Origin: an uncultured virus (IMG/VR IMGVR_UViG_2891407665_000020)
Lineage: Duplodnaviria; Heunggongvirae; Uroviricota; Caudoviricetes
Direction: 5' to 3' (one strand)
Virus record (IMG/VR): IMGVR_UViG_2891407665_000020
Length of the DNA: 64,000 nucleotides
In this document: one piece after another, positions 51,601 to 61,400 of the stretch
Layout: every line of letters starts with the position of its first letter
Position numbering within the stretch: position 1 is the first letter of the stretch
Program-made: the position numbers and the translations under genes
The notes under the pieces: generated by a model
What the model saw: only the letters and a program-made list of their open reading frames with translations
What the model was told of the DNA's origin: nothing
Databases searched by the model: none

Positions 51601-51703
51601 TGTCCATAATTCAGGTTTCTGGGTTCGCGTGAAAGGAAACAAATTTTCTTTGACGCCTATAGGGAAAATTGATTATGACCATTTGAAAGGGATACTAAAA
51701 TAA
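48677..51703 (+). CDS. Large hypothetical protein directly downstream of the RNAP gene
   Basis: 1008-aa ORF, no motif recognised. Confidence 0.75.
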   Translation: MPLSSGKTISRLEVAMLLSELRKDTLPIGKVQFVLAIIIGDKAGAALEGEALKISTSTLRYYVEEKQKQTKGNVDIVRTVIECVATQPVISQGRRQCNIYEYGRYGNTRSSLCISEEELYKAVMRVLRDYSNERCLSLFADSPYAKEKVLKAIKNNYVAFTGDVNPTPAKLNAIFNDLKDKQINRYSSDYVFSSNHDNPVGWLIKALEFFSKNRTFYTNRANERNQDQIIGSDRGSTQMELVAMENRKEKINIDFPSVVSDIALASQLLYVHKNNTEAYSDIYTHYVNKKANEVREAIFRSLGTKASLYSIVNRWDPVIVGASHVNNKKNSRDNIAKVMEMLVDNPIAVSEVSKLYKKVLQVNENIHLNREGTIKDGMRLFDSKDVSVRSKMRNGERFEILYKGYVALANFIRYLNSRDISLFSIPTEIFRNIKLPRRFYSLDEYLKLGSTVAQLVQDVDRDAERSKQVVNGMWNNDALFDSISLQLSGEAATIQNFLRNSCTLGDIKTAIDNVERRKKCAAFDQQAFVLYEKYKPEMSYFMIGVIGDKAAGKRSVTLLDRQEEMDAFKQRSDSIQKSHGDAYRIYKFPFYPGAEDYVSYTDPFSVGLDSAEARKDFIGKYRNCLNWVEASIINTGTFEQQSLGTLRGLHFYFMLAIYNFDSYKNLTENKERVRMKLSRCYVHLLEALMEKEGHPVKRNHLYAIRGRSIADQFSYLLEGCDTEEKEKSALREIKYREFAISFCADALLAHPARNDWEKLRDLFISVSVYEKLWLNLLNALVTICNAKREFLTDAELDKKLHSMNEYRKFMNDGAFGALVRSTAFSNLYKLNKPIMSINDIPFLWEIDTYSVVENDAFYANAGKHGNTVIVDTVNKFINRYPDIFEYFRILDEQISIQIRPGLEHAAFNAGTDAECGVLEEAARSLRETKDFIKRFGNSLTGKISAMLHTAVCDKDGYLMLFNKRYSVDTADSLNYVHNSGFWVRVKGNKFSLTPIGKIDYDHLKGILK

Positions 51704-51969
51704 TGTGTGTGGAAGAAGCAATAACAGCTCTAAAGCAGGAGATCTGCTTTATTGTTTTTACATTCTGTGACAATTCTAAATTTGTGGTATGCACAACTTT
51801 GGACGCCGACATTTTAGAGGCATTCAAGGTTGTGTTCATTAAGGATTGTTTTTATGATTTGCGGCGGCAACGATACGTGAAGTTTAGATACGACGCAGTA
51901 TCAGTTGATGTGTACCGTGAAGAACCTGCTATGAGTGAGGTGGACAAGTTTGCAAATAGATTTATTTAA
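51703..51969 (+). CDS. Hypothetical protein
   Basis: TAATG coupling to the upstream gene. Confidence 0.6.
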   Translation: MCVEEAITALKQEICFIVFTFCDNSKFVVCTTLDADILEAFKVVFIKDCFYDLRRQRYVKFRYDAVSVDVYREEPAMSEVDKFANRFI

Positions 51970-52729
51970 AAATGAGGCTGTAAAACAGGACTGCAACCGT
52001 ATTGGCGGGCAGATTTTTTCAAGGAAATATAAGATAGGGCACTCATTGGAGCCATTGGATGCAATAGAAAGCGATGTTGCGGAGTTCCTGGCCTACAGGG
52101 ATCGGGTCCGCAGCCTGCTGAAGAGGCCAAAATGCATGATACAAGTTGGCAATTTGAAATCTGATAGTTACGCTGAAATAGAACTGCTCGGGATAGGTGA
52201 ATACTCAAAATCGTTCACGGTCACAATTGACTTTAGCAGAGCATTGGACTTCATTTTATCAGAACTCACCATGTGCAGGCAGAGCAGCATACGCAGTATG
52301 CCAGATTATGATACTGTTTCAGAAGCATTGCTTAATTACAATTTCGATAAGGTCGGCAATATAAATTTTAATAAATTCATGGGACTGGACCCATACCTGG
52401 ATTTGTTTATTACAAGCATCATTAAACAACACAGCGAAGAGCTGAAGACATTATCAATCCGTGAGACGACATACTCTGTCCTCACGGATTTTTATGGCCA
52501 GGTGACGCAGTTCCTGCAAGACGTGCAAAATTACGTAGCACGCGCAATCAGCATAGAGATGCCGCGTACGCAATCTGTTTACAGGAGCAAAACTTTAAGC
52601 ACTATCATACTGTCATCGAATATACCTGTAACCGAAGAAATCCTGCTTAAGGGGGAGCATGGCGATACAGTGCTATCCCCGCAGAGTTACAGGATGTATG
52701 AATATGCTAAAAAATTATCCGGGGGGTGA
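51935..52729 (+). CDS. Hypothetical protein
   Basis: 264-aa ORF overlapping both neighbours. Confidence 0.65.
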   Translation: MRWTSLQIDLFKNEAVKQDCNRIGGQIFSRKYKIGHSLEPLDAIESDVAEFLAYRDRVRSLLKRPKCMIQVGNLKSDSYAEIELLGIGEYSKSFTVTIDFSRALDFILSELTMCRQSSIRSMPDYDTVSEALLNYNFDKVGNINFNKFMGLDPYLDLFITSIIKQHSEELKTLSIRETTYSVLTDFYGQVTQFLQDVQNYVARAISIEMPRTQSVYRSKTLSTIILSSNIPVTEEILLKGEHGDTVLSPQSYRMYEYAKKLSGG

Positions 52730-55700
52730 TTTATTCAGTGAAATTATCAGGAACATTCTCGATAGGGTCGCAATTATACTTCGTCCTTATGAATGAGACG
52801 AAGTCGTATGTGACCTATACAATTTTTAACAGGTTTACGAAATCCGACTCTTACAGACATGTTATGGGTGAGACCCCGCAGGATATTGTGCTTAAAAGCA
52901 GGGGGGCTTTTGAGAAGTATGCAGATGCACGTTATTTGCGATGTCATATGAAACGTATGCGTACGACCGGGGTGGTGACTGCCAGCAATGCATTGACTAT
53001 CTCCGAGATAGAAAGGTTTTTAGATGTAGTACGGTTCGCAACGATGTATAGCTTTTCAGCAAATAATATACTGGGACATAGCGAGAGAAATGTGGGCATC
53101 GATAAGCTCAGTACATTTTCAGCCTCGGATAGGAATTTAACTTTTGCCTATGAAAAGAAAAATAATGAATTCCAAAGTTTCTCAATAAATTACAAAGATG
53201 TGAAAATTGATATGCAGGGAAGCGATATGTCTGTCAAGCTTGGCGATATTGAGATGGTGCAGATTGCGCGCGAGTCCGCAGAGCATGTCATTGTCTCAAC
53301 GTTGAAGACAGTCACATACCAGACACTTTGCGATGTGCTTGATATGAGCTGGTTTGAAGAAGACGGCGTCCGCAAGAAGGATTATAAAGCCATTACGACG
53401 GTTGAGGATTTTGAGTCGCTGATTATAGCCCCGCTTGCCAAAGCCGTGCAGTTTATCGATGGTACTGGCGATAAGCTCCTGCTATCTATAGATACCGAGA
53501 CGACAGGCTTGAATGTCTATAATCTGAGTGAGGGCAACCCGGACAAGTCACACTGCGTCGCCATACCTATTGCATGGGAGGACAATAAGGCTTTCGTTAT
53601 TTTCACAGATATGGAGCATTTTGACTCTATACCAAATAGGTATGCCATGGAGAGGCTTGCACCTTTCATTACCAAGGCGAGGTATAACAAGACCAGCACA
53701 GGGACGGAAGAGGAGATACGGAGCATCCAATTATTTCGGAAAGTAACAAAAGAGCCTGAGCTTAAAGAGATGGATGTATTTAGCACAGGGCAGAAAAATA
53801 GCGATGCGGAAGCAACCGAAGCTTTAGAGAAAGATAGAGTCGTCAGCTTCAGGAGGAGCGCAATCAACCTGGTAGGGCATAATGTCACTTTTGATGGCCG
53901 TGTTTTCTTTGATTATGACGTGCGCCCCTGGTTTGACGATGACACACAGCAGATGGCTTTTGTTTTAAGCCCAAAATTAATACGCGGTTCTAAAAAGCTG
54001 AAGATGCTTACGCGGAAACTCTTGAAATGTGAAACGCCGGAACTAGAGGATATTTTAGGAAAAGGGAATGAAGACAAATACCGTTACTTAACTGAAAAGT
54101 TAGTAGCTGAGATTTATGGATGCGCGGATGCAGACTTTACGCGGTTAGTTTTTAAAGCGCTACGTGACATTATGAGCGACGAGCTATACAGCCAGTATAG
54201 GAAACAGGATGTCCCCATGCTTAATATACTATACGAAGCCGAGTACAATGGGATGAACTCTGACCAGAAAGCCCTTTTCGAAATGGCTCAGCATTCCCAG
54301 CAAAATCTGGAAATCCTGAGGAATTTTATGTATGACTATGTTGGGCGTGTCGTAGCCACGAGGAATGAGCAGCGCAAATTAAAGGCTAAGCTTGACTCTG
54401 GGATTTTGACCAAAAGTGAGTACAGTGAGCAAGTACAGAATATCTCACTAGAGGGGATGGATTGCCGGTTTGAATTTGAGATAAAGGCATCCAGCATACG
54501 CGACGTCATCTACGGCATCCTTGGGTACAAGGTTTTTGGCTACACAGAAGGCGATTCAAATGGAAATAATAAAGTACCAAAAACAGACAAGTTTGTTATG
54601 AAAAAACTCGCATCCTGTAAAATTCCACAGGATGCAAGGGATTCCGGACATGAATGGAAATTACAGCATGATGTATTAGCCAGCGGCGTCGACTACGCTG
54701 AATACGAGGATGCGAAAGAAAAACATTCCAAGAGGCTGTCGGATATGGTTTTAGTAAATGCTGACGAGTTCAATAGCTGTCGGTATCCGCTGGCAATCGT
54801 GCTATCCAAGTATGCAGTATTGAATAAAGAGTACACTTCTTATTTCAAGCCTATCCTGGACACGAATATGGAGGGGAAGATTTTTAAGAACTTTTCCCTG
54901 GCACGCATTGAGACGAGGCGCATTATGAACCCTGGGCAGACTATGAAAGGTACGTTAAAGGCATTGATAAAACCTTACTCCGATGACTATTATCTGCTTG
55001 ATTTTGATATGGCGCAGGTAGAGTACAGGATTATGGCATCATTAGCTGAGCACACAGAAATTATCCATAAGATGATGGATCCTGAAAAGGACTATCATAT
55101 TGAAACTGCTGCTATTGTGTGGCGCATACCCCCTTATAAGGTCGATAAAAAACTGCGGAAACAGACAAAGAGCGTTGGGTTCGGCGTACCATACGGGTTG
55201 TCAGTAATGTCCCTTGCTGAGACATTATTTGGCGCAGCCAATGATGATACTATTTTTGAGACTCAGAAATTGCTGCTTAAATGGGAAGCAAGCAATAAGC
55301 CTATCATGGATTTCCTGGAGGGGCAGAGGGATAAGGCTCTTCTTGAGTGGAAGCTGCCGGATAACCTGCGGGAGTTCATGGATGCCTATAAGCGGGAGGT
55401 TGTCAAGGATGTAAAAGGAAAGATAATTTCAAATGAGTATGTCCTGGACGCGCATGGCAATAAGGTGCCGGCTAAGGTTGGGCACATAGCGAACCGTTAT
55501 GGGTTTTACCGGACATTTGACCTGGAGAATATGGACAATCGCAAGGAGAGCAGCATCAGGAGGAAGGCAGGGAATTATCCAATCCAGTCTTACGCAGCAG
55601 AGCTCTTTAGGAAAATACTTATCCGGTTTTATGAGATCTGTGAGGAGTATGGAATACAGGATAAAATTAAATGGCATATGCTTATACACGACGAGCTGCT

Positions 55701-56751
55701 GTGCTCAGTGCACAAAAGCGTACACCCATTTCTTATTTATAAGCTAGTAATGAAAGCATGTATGATTCGCATAAAAGGACATACAAACTATTTTGTAGGA
55801 ATCAATGTTGGCAATACCTGGGGAGAGGTAAAGGATGATGCCCGGGAAGCGCCTGTATACTTCGTAAAGAGGATGATCGACCGTTATGACCGTGGAGAGT
55901 TTAAGGAAACTTGGATTGATGATGCCTGGGAATATGTGAAGCCTTATCGGGCGAAGTATATCGAAGATCGCATAGGTGAGGTACTGCGCCGTATAATCCC
56001 AGATCTGGACACATGCATCATCGATGCCAATACTATACTTGAAAAGATGGACAATTACACGGTGCGGTCTTATGTGGGGGATTGCTATAAAGAAAACCGC
56101 AAGATAGCGCCATTGCCAAGCGGGGCTACGAAGGAAGATGAAGAATACCGTTCAAATGAGGTATTTATAAGCAAACTCGAATCATGGCTTCTTGATGTGT
56201 ATGGGACCGGAAGGAAGATACGCGGGCAGGACGGCAGTGTGTACACCGTGGAGCGTGGGGCGGCTGATGTTGAGGATGCTGCTGAGGAAATTGACTATAC
56301 TGAGTTATTTGATGATGAGCACAATGCAGATAACTCTTATTGGTCCTTTGATGCAACCGGGGATGATGACGATGATGACGGGAGCCTTAATGCCAGCTAC
56401 GATGGCGATGAAGCACTAGATGCATTAAGACTTGACCTGGAATGTAAGGGAGCAAAGACAGTAGCGGATGTCATTGTCAAAGAAGAAGAGTATGACAATT
56501 TAATGCTGACGCCTAACCAGATTATTATAAGGGTGGAAGACTCCCGTTTAGTCGAGCTTTATAAAAAAGCGCTCATAAAATACGTCACTGCTGAGAATGC
56601 CGGGAAAAGCATACTTTTCAAGACCTCCATTAGGAGCCTGCGCTGGATTCACGTTAAGGATGATGTAGACCTTCACGAGATAGATTCTATAATTACTAAA
56701 TGTAAACAGCACAAGAAAGAAGGAGGCAATAATGGGGTTAGGATTAGATAG
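52726..56751 (+). CDS. polA: Family A DNA polymerase with 3'-5' exonuclease
   Basis: ExoI SIDTETTGL, ExoII GHNVTFD, ExoIII YGCADAD; motif A DFDMAQVEYRIMA, motif B RKQTKSVGFGVPYG, NYPIQS, motif C IHDEL. Confidence 0.92.
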   Translation: MIYSVKLSGTFSIGSQLYFVLMNETKSYVTYTIFNRFTKSDSYRHVMGETPQDIVLKSRGAFEKYADARYLRCHMKRMRTTGVVTASNALTISEIERFLDVVRFATMYSFSANNILGHSERNVGIDKLSTFSASDRNLTFAYEKKNNEFQSFSINYKDVKIDMQGSDMSVKLGDIEMVQIARESAEHVIVSTLKTVTYQTLCDVLDMSWFEEDGVRKKDYKAITTVEDFESLIIAPLAKAVQFIDGTGDKLLLSIDTETTGLNVYNLSEGNPDKSHCVAIPIAWEDNKAFVIFTDMEHFDSIPNRYAMERLAPFITKARYNKTSTGTEEEIRSIQLFRKVTKEPELKEMDVFSTGQKNSDAEATEALEKDRVVSFRRSAINLVGHNVTFDGRVFFDYDVRPWFDDDTQQMAFVLSPKLIRGSKKLKMLTRKLLKCETPELEDILGKGNEDKYRYLTEKLVAEIYGCADADFTRLVFKALRDIMSDELYSQYRKQDVPMLNILYEAEYNGMNSDQKALFEMAQHSQQNLEILRNFMYDYVGRVVATRNEQRKLKAKLDSGILTKSEYSEQVQNISLEGMDCRFEFEIKASSIRDVIYGILGYKVFGYTEGDSNGNNKVPKTDKFVMKKLASCKIPQDARDSGHEWKLQHDVLASGVDYAEYEDAKEKHSKRLSDMVLVNADEFNSCRYPLAIVLSKYAVLNKEYTSYFKPILDTNMEGKIFKNFSLARIETRRIMNPGQTMKGTLKALIKPYSDDYYLLDFDMAQVEYRIMASLAEHTEIIHKMMDPEKDYHIETAAIVWRIPPYKVDKKLRKQTKSVGFGVPYGLSVMSLAETLFGAANDDTIFETQKLLLKWEASNKPIMDFLEGQRDKALLEWKLPDNLREFMDAYKREVVKDVKGKIISNEYVLDAHGNKVPAKVGHIANRYGFYRTFDLENMDNRKESSIRRKAGNYPIQSYAAELFRKILIRFYEICEEYGIQDKIKWHMLIHDELLCSVHKSVHPFLIYKLVMKACMIRIKGHTNYFVGINVGNTWGEVKDDAREAPVYFVKRMIDRYDRGEFKETWIDDAWEYVKPYRAKYIEDRIGEVLRRIIPDLDTCIIDANTILEKMDNYTVRSYVGDCYKENRKIAPLPSGATKEDEEYRSNEVFISKLESWLLDVYGTGRKIRGQDGSVYTVERGAADVEDAAEEIDYTELFDDEHNADNSYWSFDATGDDDDDDGSLNASYDGDEALDALRLDLECKGAKTVADVIVKEEEYDNLMLTPNQIIIRVEDSRLVELYKKALIKYVTAENAGKSILFKTSIRSLRWIHVKDDVDLHEIDSIITKCKQHKKEGGNNGVRIR

Positions 56752-57415
56752 CAATAGAAAGAAGAGTGAGCAGGACAGCGATAATATTGCTGAACTTGAG
56801 TTTGATGACATGGATGACGTGAAAGCTAAGGGCAATAAGGTGAATCCACAGTTTATCATAATAGGCGCTATTGTGGTCGTTGTTGTTGCAGCAGCATTTA
56901 TACTGCTTCGGAAAGTGAGCACAAATCCGGAACAGCCAGGACAGAGCACAGGCACAGAATCCGCACAGCGCCAGCATCAGTCAGAAAAAGCGCAGCAGGG
57001 TGTAGGGGATTCCACGGAAGAGTCGGAGACCGAAGCAGAAACACGGTTCTCACCGGGAATAGTTGACTATGAGGACGGGGAAATGAAAACACCCGAAAGA
57101 CTGGACTCTGCGGCAGATTTCTTAAGGGACCTGAACGGTGTAGATATTCCGGTTTCCTATAATGTCAAGTCCATGGATTATGTGTGTGATTACGCAAACT
57201 ATGAAAAGCGAAGGGCCTCCATGGATGATGGAATGGAGCTTTATTGGCTTGAAATTACTTATAATGGGCTGCATTACAGATGTACAGTGCCCTTCTGGCG
57301 ATACAAGGCAATGAATGATGAGGGAATCTGTATCGTGAAGATAGAAGTGCTCTCATTAGAGGGTGGCGAGAAGGTTATTTCTTATATGGCTGTTACTGAC
57401 AGCATCGAGGATTAA
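56732..57415 (+). CDS. Single-pass membrane protein
   Basis: TM FIIIGAIVVVVVAAAFILL; AGGAGG RBS. Confidence 0.7.
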   Translation: MGLGLDSNRKKSEQDSDNIAELEFDDMDDVKAKGNKVNPQFIIIGAIVVVVVAAAFILLRKVSTNPEQPGQSTGTESAQRQHQSEKAQQGVGDSTEESETEAETRFSPGIVDYEDGEMKTPERLDSAADFLRDLNGVDIPVSYNVKSMDYVCDYANYEKRRASMDDGMELYWLEITYNGLHYRCTVPFWRYKAMNDEGICIVKIEVLSLEGGEKVISYMAVTDSIED

Positions 57416-57458
57416 TTGTAATCTGCTCACAATCATGTCATGGAGGAATGAAGATACG

Positions 57459-58472
57459 ATGAAGTTTAGCGAGCTTACAAATACGTATGGTGCATTTGAT
57501 AATTTTGTCACTGTGAGGGAAGCGAAAGAGATTGGTTTGATACCAGCGCGTTATGTAGATGCAGATTTCCCGGAAGACGGCATCTTCCCTGATAAGTGCG
57601 TCTGCGGAAGCGAAAATATTATAACGCGGGATTTAAAGAGGGCTGCCTGCTGTAACCCACGCTGTAAGGTTAAGCTTGGGTTTGCGCTGTCAGAGTTGTT
57701 TTCAAGGTTTGGCACTAAAGGGATTGGTGACCAGACATGCATAAAGATGATTAACGGGGTATACAGCAGGCTGCGTTACAAGTCACATATAGAAGTCCTT
57801 GCGCTTCGCTATGAGGATTATCCGCAGTCATTATACGGGACGGTTGCAGGCCAAACAATGTTCCACACCTGCAGTAGGATAAGAACACAGCAGATGACAT
57901 TTAGCGGAATGATAAGCATGTTGGGATTGCCTGAGTTAAGCACAAGTACAGGGGTTATGTTTATGGGGATTAATAATGCCAGCCAGCTTATTGAGCGTAT
58001 TAAAGAATGCGGCGGTGTTGCAAGCTTTTGTAGCCGGCGAGGGATTTATGATTCAGAGAAACTTTTTTGGCTATACAATTCTCTTACCGATATACTACTG
58101 GCGGAAAAGATATTCAGCAATCTGAGGAAGGAAGGGATACGCAGGATAAAAATCTGCATCACAGGGATGGTGTGTGTTGACGGCGTGCATTTAACAAGAA
58201 CAGCGTTCCTTAATTATTGTAACAGCATTGCAAGGTACGATAATGGAGTGCAGATTCTTGAGATAGAAAATACAAGCGCAAAGGAGTCATGCGCCTATGT
58301 GGTTGCTGATTATCCAAGTAACTCCAGCAAGTACCTTGCCGGGAAAGCCCGCGGCGTTTTGATTACGGCTGATGATTTTGTTAATAAGATAAAGGGGGTA
58401 ATTACGCAATGTATGGAGTCGGAGAAGAAGGGCTACACTGCGGAGACAGTAGCGATGATGAACTCATTCTAG
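57459..58472 (+). CDS. NAD-dependent DNA ligase C-terminal half-like protein (C4 zinc finger, HhH, BRCT)
   Basis: PDKCVCGS...CCNPRC zinc finger, then LFSRFGTKGIG (HhH), MLGLPEL, and C-terminal ICITG...AYVVAD...SSKY...GV BRCT. Confidence 0.7.
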   Translation: MKFSELTNTYGAFDNFVTVREAKEIGLIPARYVDADFPEDGIFPDKCVCGSENIITRDLKRAACCNPRCKVKLGFALSELFSRFGTKGIGDQTCIKMINGVYSRLRYKSHIEVLALRYEDYPQSLYGTVAGQTMFHTCSRIRTQQMTFSGMISMLGLPELSTSTGVMFMGINNASQLIERIKECGGVASFCSRRGIYDSEKLFWLYNSLTDILLAEKIFSNLRKEGIRRIKICITGMVCVDGVHLTRTAFLNYCNSIARYDNGVQILEIENTSAKESCAYVVADYPSNSSKYLAGKARGVLITADDFVNKIKGVITQCMESEKKGYTAETVAMMNSF

Positions 58473-61400
58473 ATGACGAGTTTTTTAACAGTATGGATAG
58501 CTCAATCCTCGTAGAAGAGTCGGACGACGCAGAACCGGAGCTGGATTTAGATTCCCTGCTGCAGGATGACGTAATGAATGTATCTGCTGCCTCTTATGGG
58601 CTTGAGGACGCCCTGATCCCTGTCGGGTTGGGGATTGATGATATAGCGGAAGGGGATATTCTTAAAAGCCTTGACCTTGAGGAGGATTTTGAGGAGGATG
58701 CAGATGGCAAGAGGTTTATGGTGCAGAACGGTATACTGGACAGGCCTTATACAAAAGATGACTTTTCCCTATACTTGGCGCGTATTTATTACTCCAGGAA
58801 TATGCTTCAGGCTTCCAGGGCGTCCGGCATTATGCTAAGTGAACACGCAAGGTATTTACATTTGGCGGGTGGCAGATTCGAGAACCCTGATTTCCAGATG
58901 GATGGCGAGGATTTAAAGGCAAACCAAGAGCAGATACTCAGGCTAGATGTAGAAGTATACAAATGTATGCTTTCTGATGCAGAAATGACAATTATGCAGC
59001 ATATTACGAAAGAAGAGAATGTAAAGCATGTCTCATCTTCCGATACGCTTGTAGCGCAAATAAAGAACATTAAGCTGGCGGATGGACTGCCGAAAGACAC
59101 TTGTGAATACGTCATACGCAGCGTAGGGCAGCGACTTGCAGATACTTCTGGGGATGCAAATATTGATGGAATATACGCTGAGCTTTTAGAAGCCAGGCCT
59201 GAGTACGCAGGTATTTACGGCGCGTATACTTTGGAGACGCTGGGGTATATAAAGGCAATTGTTACGGTATACTCAAATTTTATGCAGAATGCCGCAATGA
59301 CTGAGCAGACGGAGAATCAATACCTGCGAAACAAGGTACAGCTATTCCTAAGGAAAGATTACGCATTACTCGAGGAGATGGGGGGTTCAATCAACGATGG
59401 CAGACTCCACCATGTCTTACAGATCATAAATGATATGGATGATTATTATGCTATTTGCCCGGTATGCGGAAGGAATATCCCTATTGGGGTACTCCTCAAT
59501 GTTCTATTGTTTCAAGGGGATAAGGTGCAGGATGTGAATACAGTGCTCCTGCCATCTTTGTCCCGGTGTACATGCGGAGAGGCTGTTATGCTGTGTGGAT
59601 TGGATGTATTCCGGATAAAACAGTCATTAGGGAACGCGCTTGGCGTAAGCATTGCCAAGTATAACGAAGTTGCTGCAACACTGAGCAGTGAAGCCCCAAT
59701 TAGCCACTTCACCATAACAGCTAAGCAGTTGCACAATACTATCCAGAGTGCGAGCGAAGTGTATGGTGCGGCAGGGCGCGTACTTCCCCTGGGGATTTTT
59801 ATTGAGTGCGAATCAGAGCAATTGGGACACGCAAAGCCAAAAGCCGGGAATGACGAAACAACGTGTGATGTGTGTACAATGGAATTGTGCGACGAATTAG
59901 AGTATCTGGAAGCAGTGCGGATTTTCTATAGCTCACTTAAGAGCACAAACCCAAGATACAAAGCAAAGACTGCTGCGAAGAAAACAGCAGTTGGCGAAGT
60001 TACTGATTATGGTTATGCGCGAGGCACTGCCAGGACAATAAGCTATGGTTATGTGTCACGATTTATCTGTAAATCGTTGGGGCTGTCTTATGTGGAGTTC
60101 AAAAATAGGGCATTATTGTCATTAATCTATCTAATTCAGGAGAATGGGCTTTTAAACTATATTTTCAATGGAGAACATAAATGGGAAATTGAAAAAGAGA
60201 TTGATTTGCTCGCACTATTTACAGAGTATACGGAAACAACACTGCCCAAAGAACTTTTCGCCGATATGTGCATCTCATACAATAAATTTAGTAAGGACAC
60301 AGCGACGAGCAGTGAAGATCTGTACCATGACAAAGAGAAAGTTCGCAGTATGCTGGAATCCTTACGGCAGAGGAAAGGTGTACTGGTGAAAGAACTAGAA
60401 GCTCTGGATGAGAGGTATAAGGCAGCCTTTAGCTCACTGAAAGAGGGCATGCGTGCATTACGTTTCACGAAGATACTGAATATAAGTGCAGCGAAATTCT
60501 CCGAGCTTGCAGTCGTGATAAACAATGAGGAAATGCTTGACTACCTAAATACGATAGCTGACCAAATGATTATTTGTAACTTTGCAAATAAGTTTTATTA
60601 CAAATGGAGCCTTCTGAATGATAAACCGAGTAACGCACTCAAAGACTTTGACGAAGCAATAGACAGTGGAGGTGCAACACATGCCTGCACAAAGTTCCTT
60701 ATGAAGGCTGGTCCTTCTTTTGGCGGGACTTCAAACTCAATAGCATATGACTATTTTGAACTTGCAGGGCGGCCTTCCACTGAACCGTTTAAGCGCGTAA
60801 GGGGCATAGAAATTGGCATGAAGAAGCTGAATCCATTCCTGGTAGGCTCTGCCTTGGATGACTTGACGTCCGTTGACTCCAAGCAATTCGGGTATGTATT
60901 CAATGGGGCATTTAAAGAAGCAGTTGATGAACTGCATACCGCATTCCAGGAATACAAGGGAGACGAGTTTGAAACCACGCTCAAGTTCGCAGGATTTAGC
61001 CAGAAGGAGATTGAAGATTACAGGGGTTCCAGCTATTTAGCATTTGAGAGGTATCTGCCTATCAGGAAACCGGGCGAAACCATAGATGAGTACTTACAAA
61101 GACCGGCGGGTACAGAATGTTCTGAGTGCATAGACTATCTGCCGCTTTTTTTGGAACACGCTGCAGCATTAATAATCGTCAGCTCTGTCGCGAGTATAAC
61201 AACCATAGGATATGACAATTTCATTTTAGCGGCATTCATGATTGCATTGATTGATATTTGTGTGAACTGTATGCGGGAGAATGAAGCAAATCAAATGCTG
61301 GCAATCAATAGTACTATAGGGCGGAAATTGAATATGAATACCTACGATGCCGAGATTGAATGCAGCACAGGTTATACAATGGAAAGAGTCTTTAACAATC

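Noticed and set aside
40390..56751. Inteins or introns explaining the large RNAP and PolA
   Set aside because: No intein splice-junction or LAGLIDADG motifs recognised, and both ORFs are uninterrupted.
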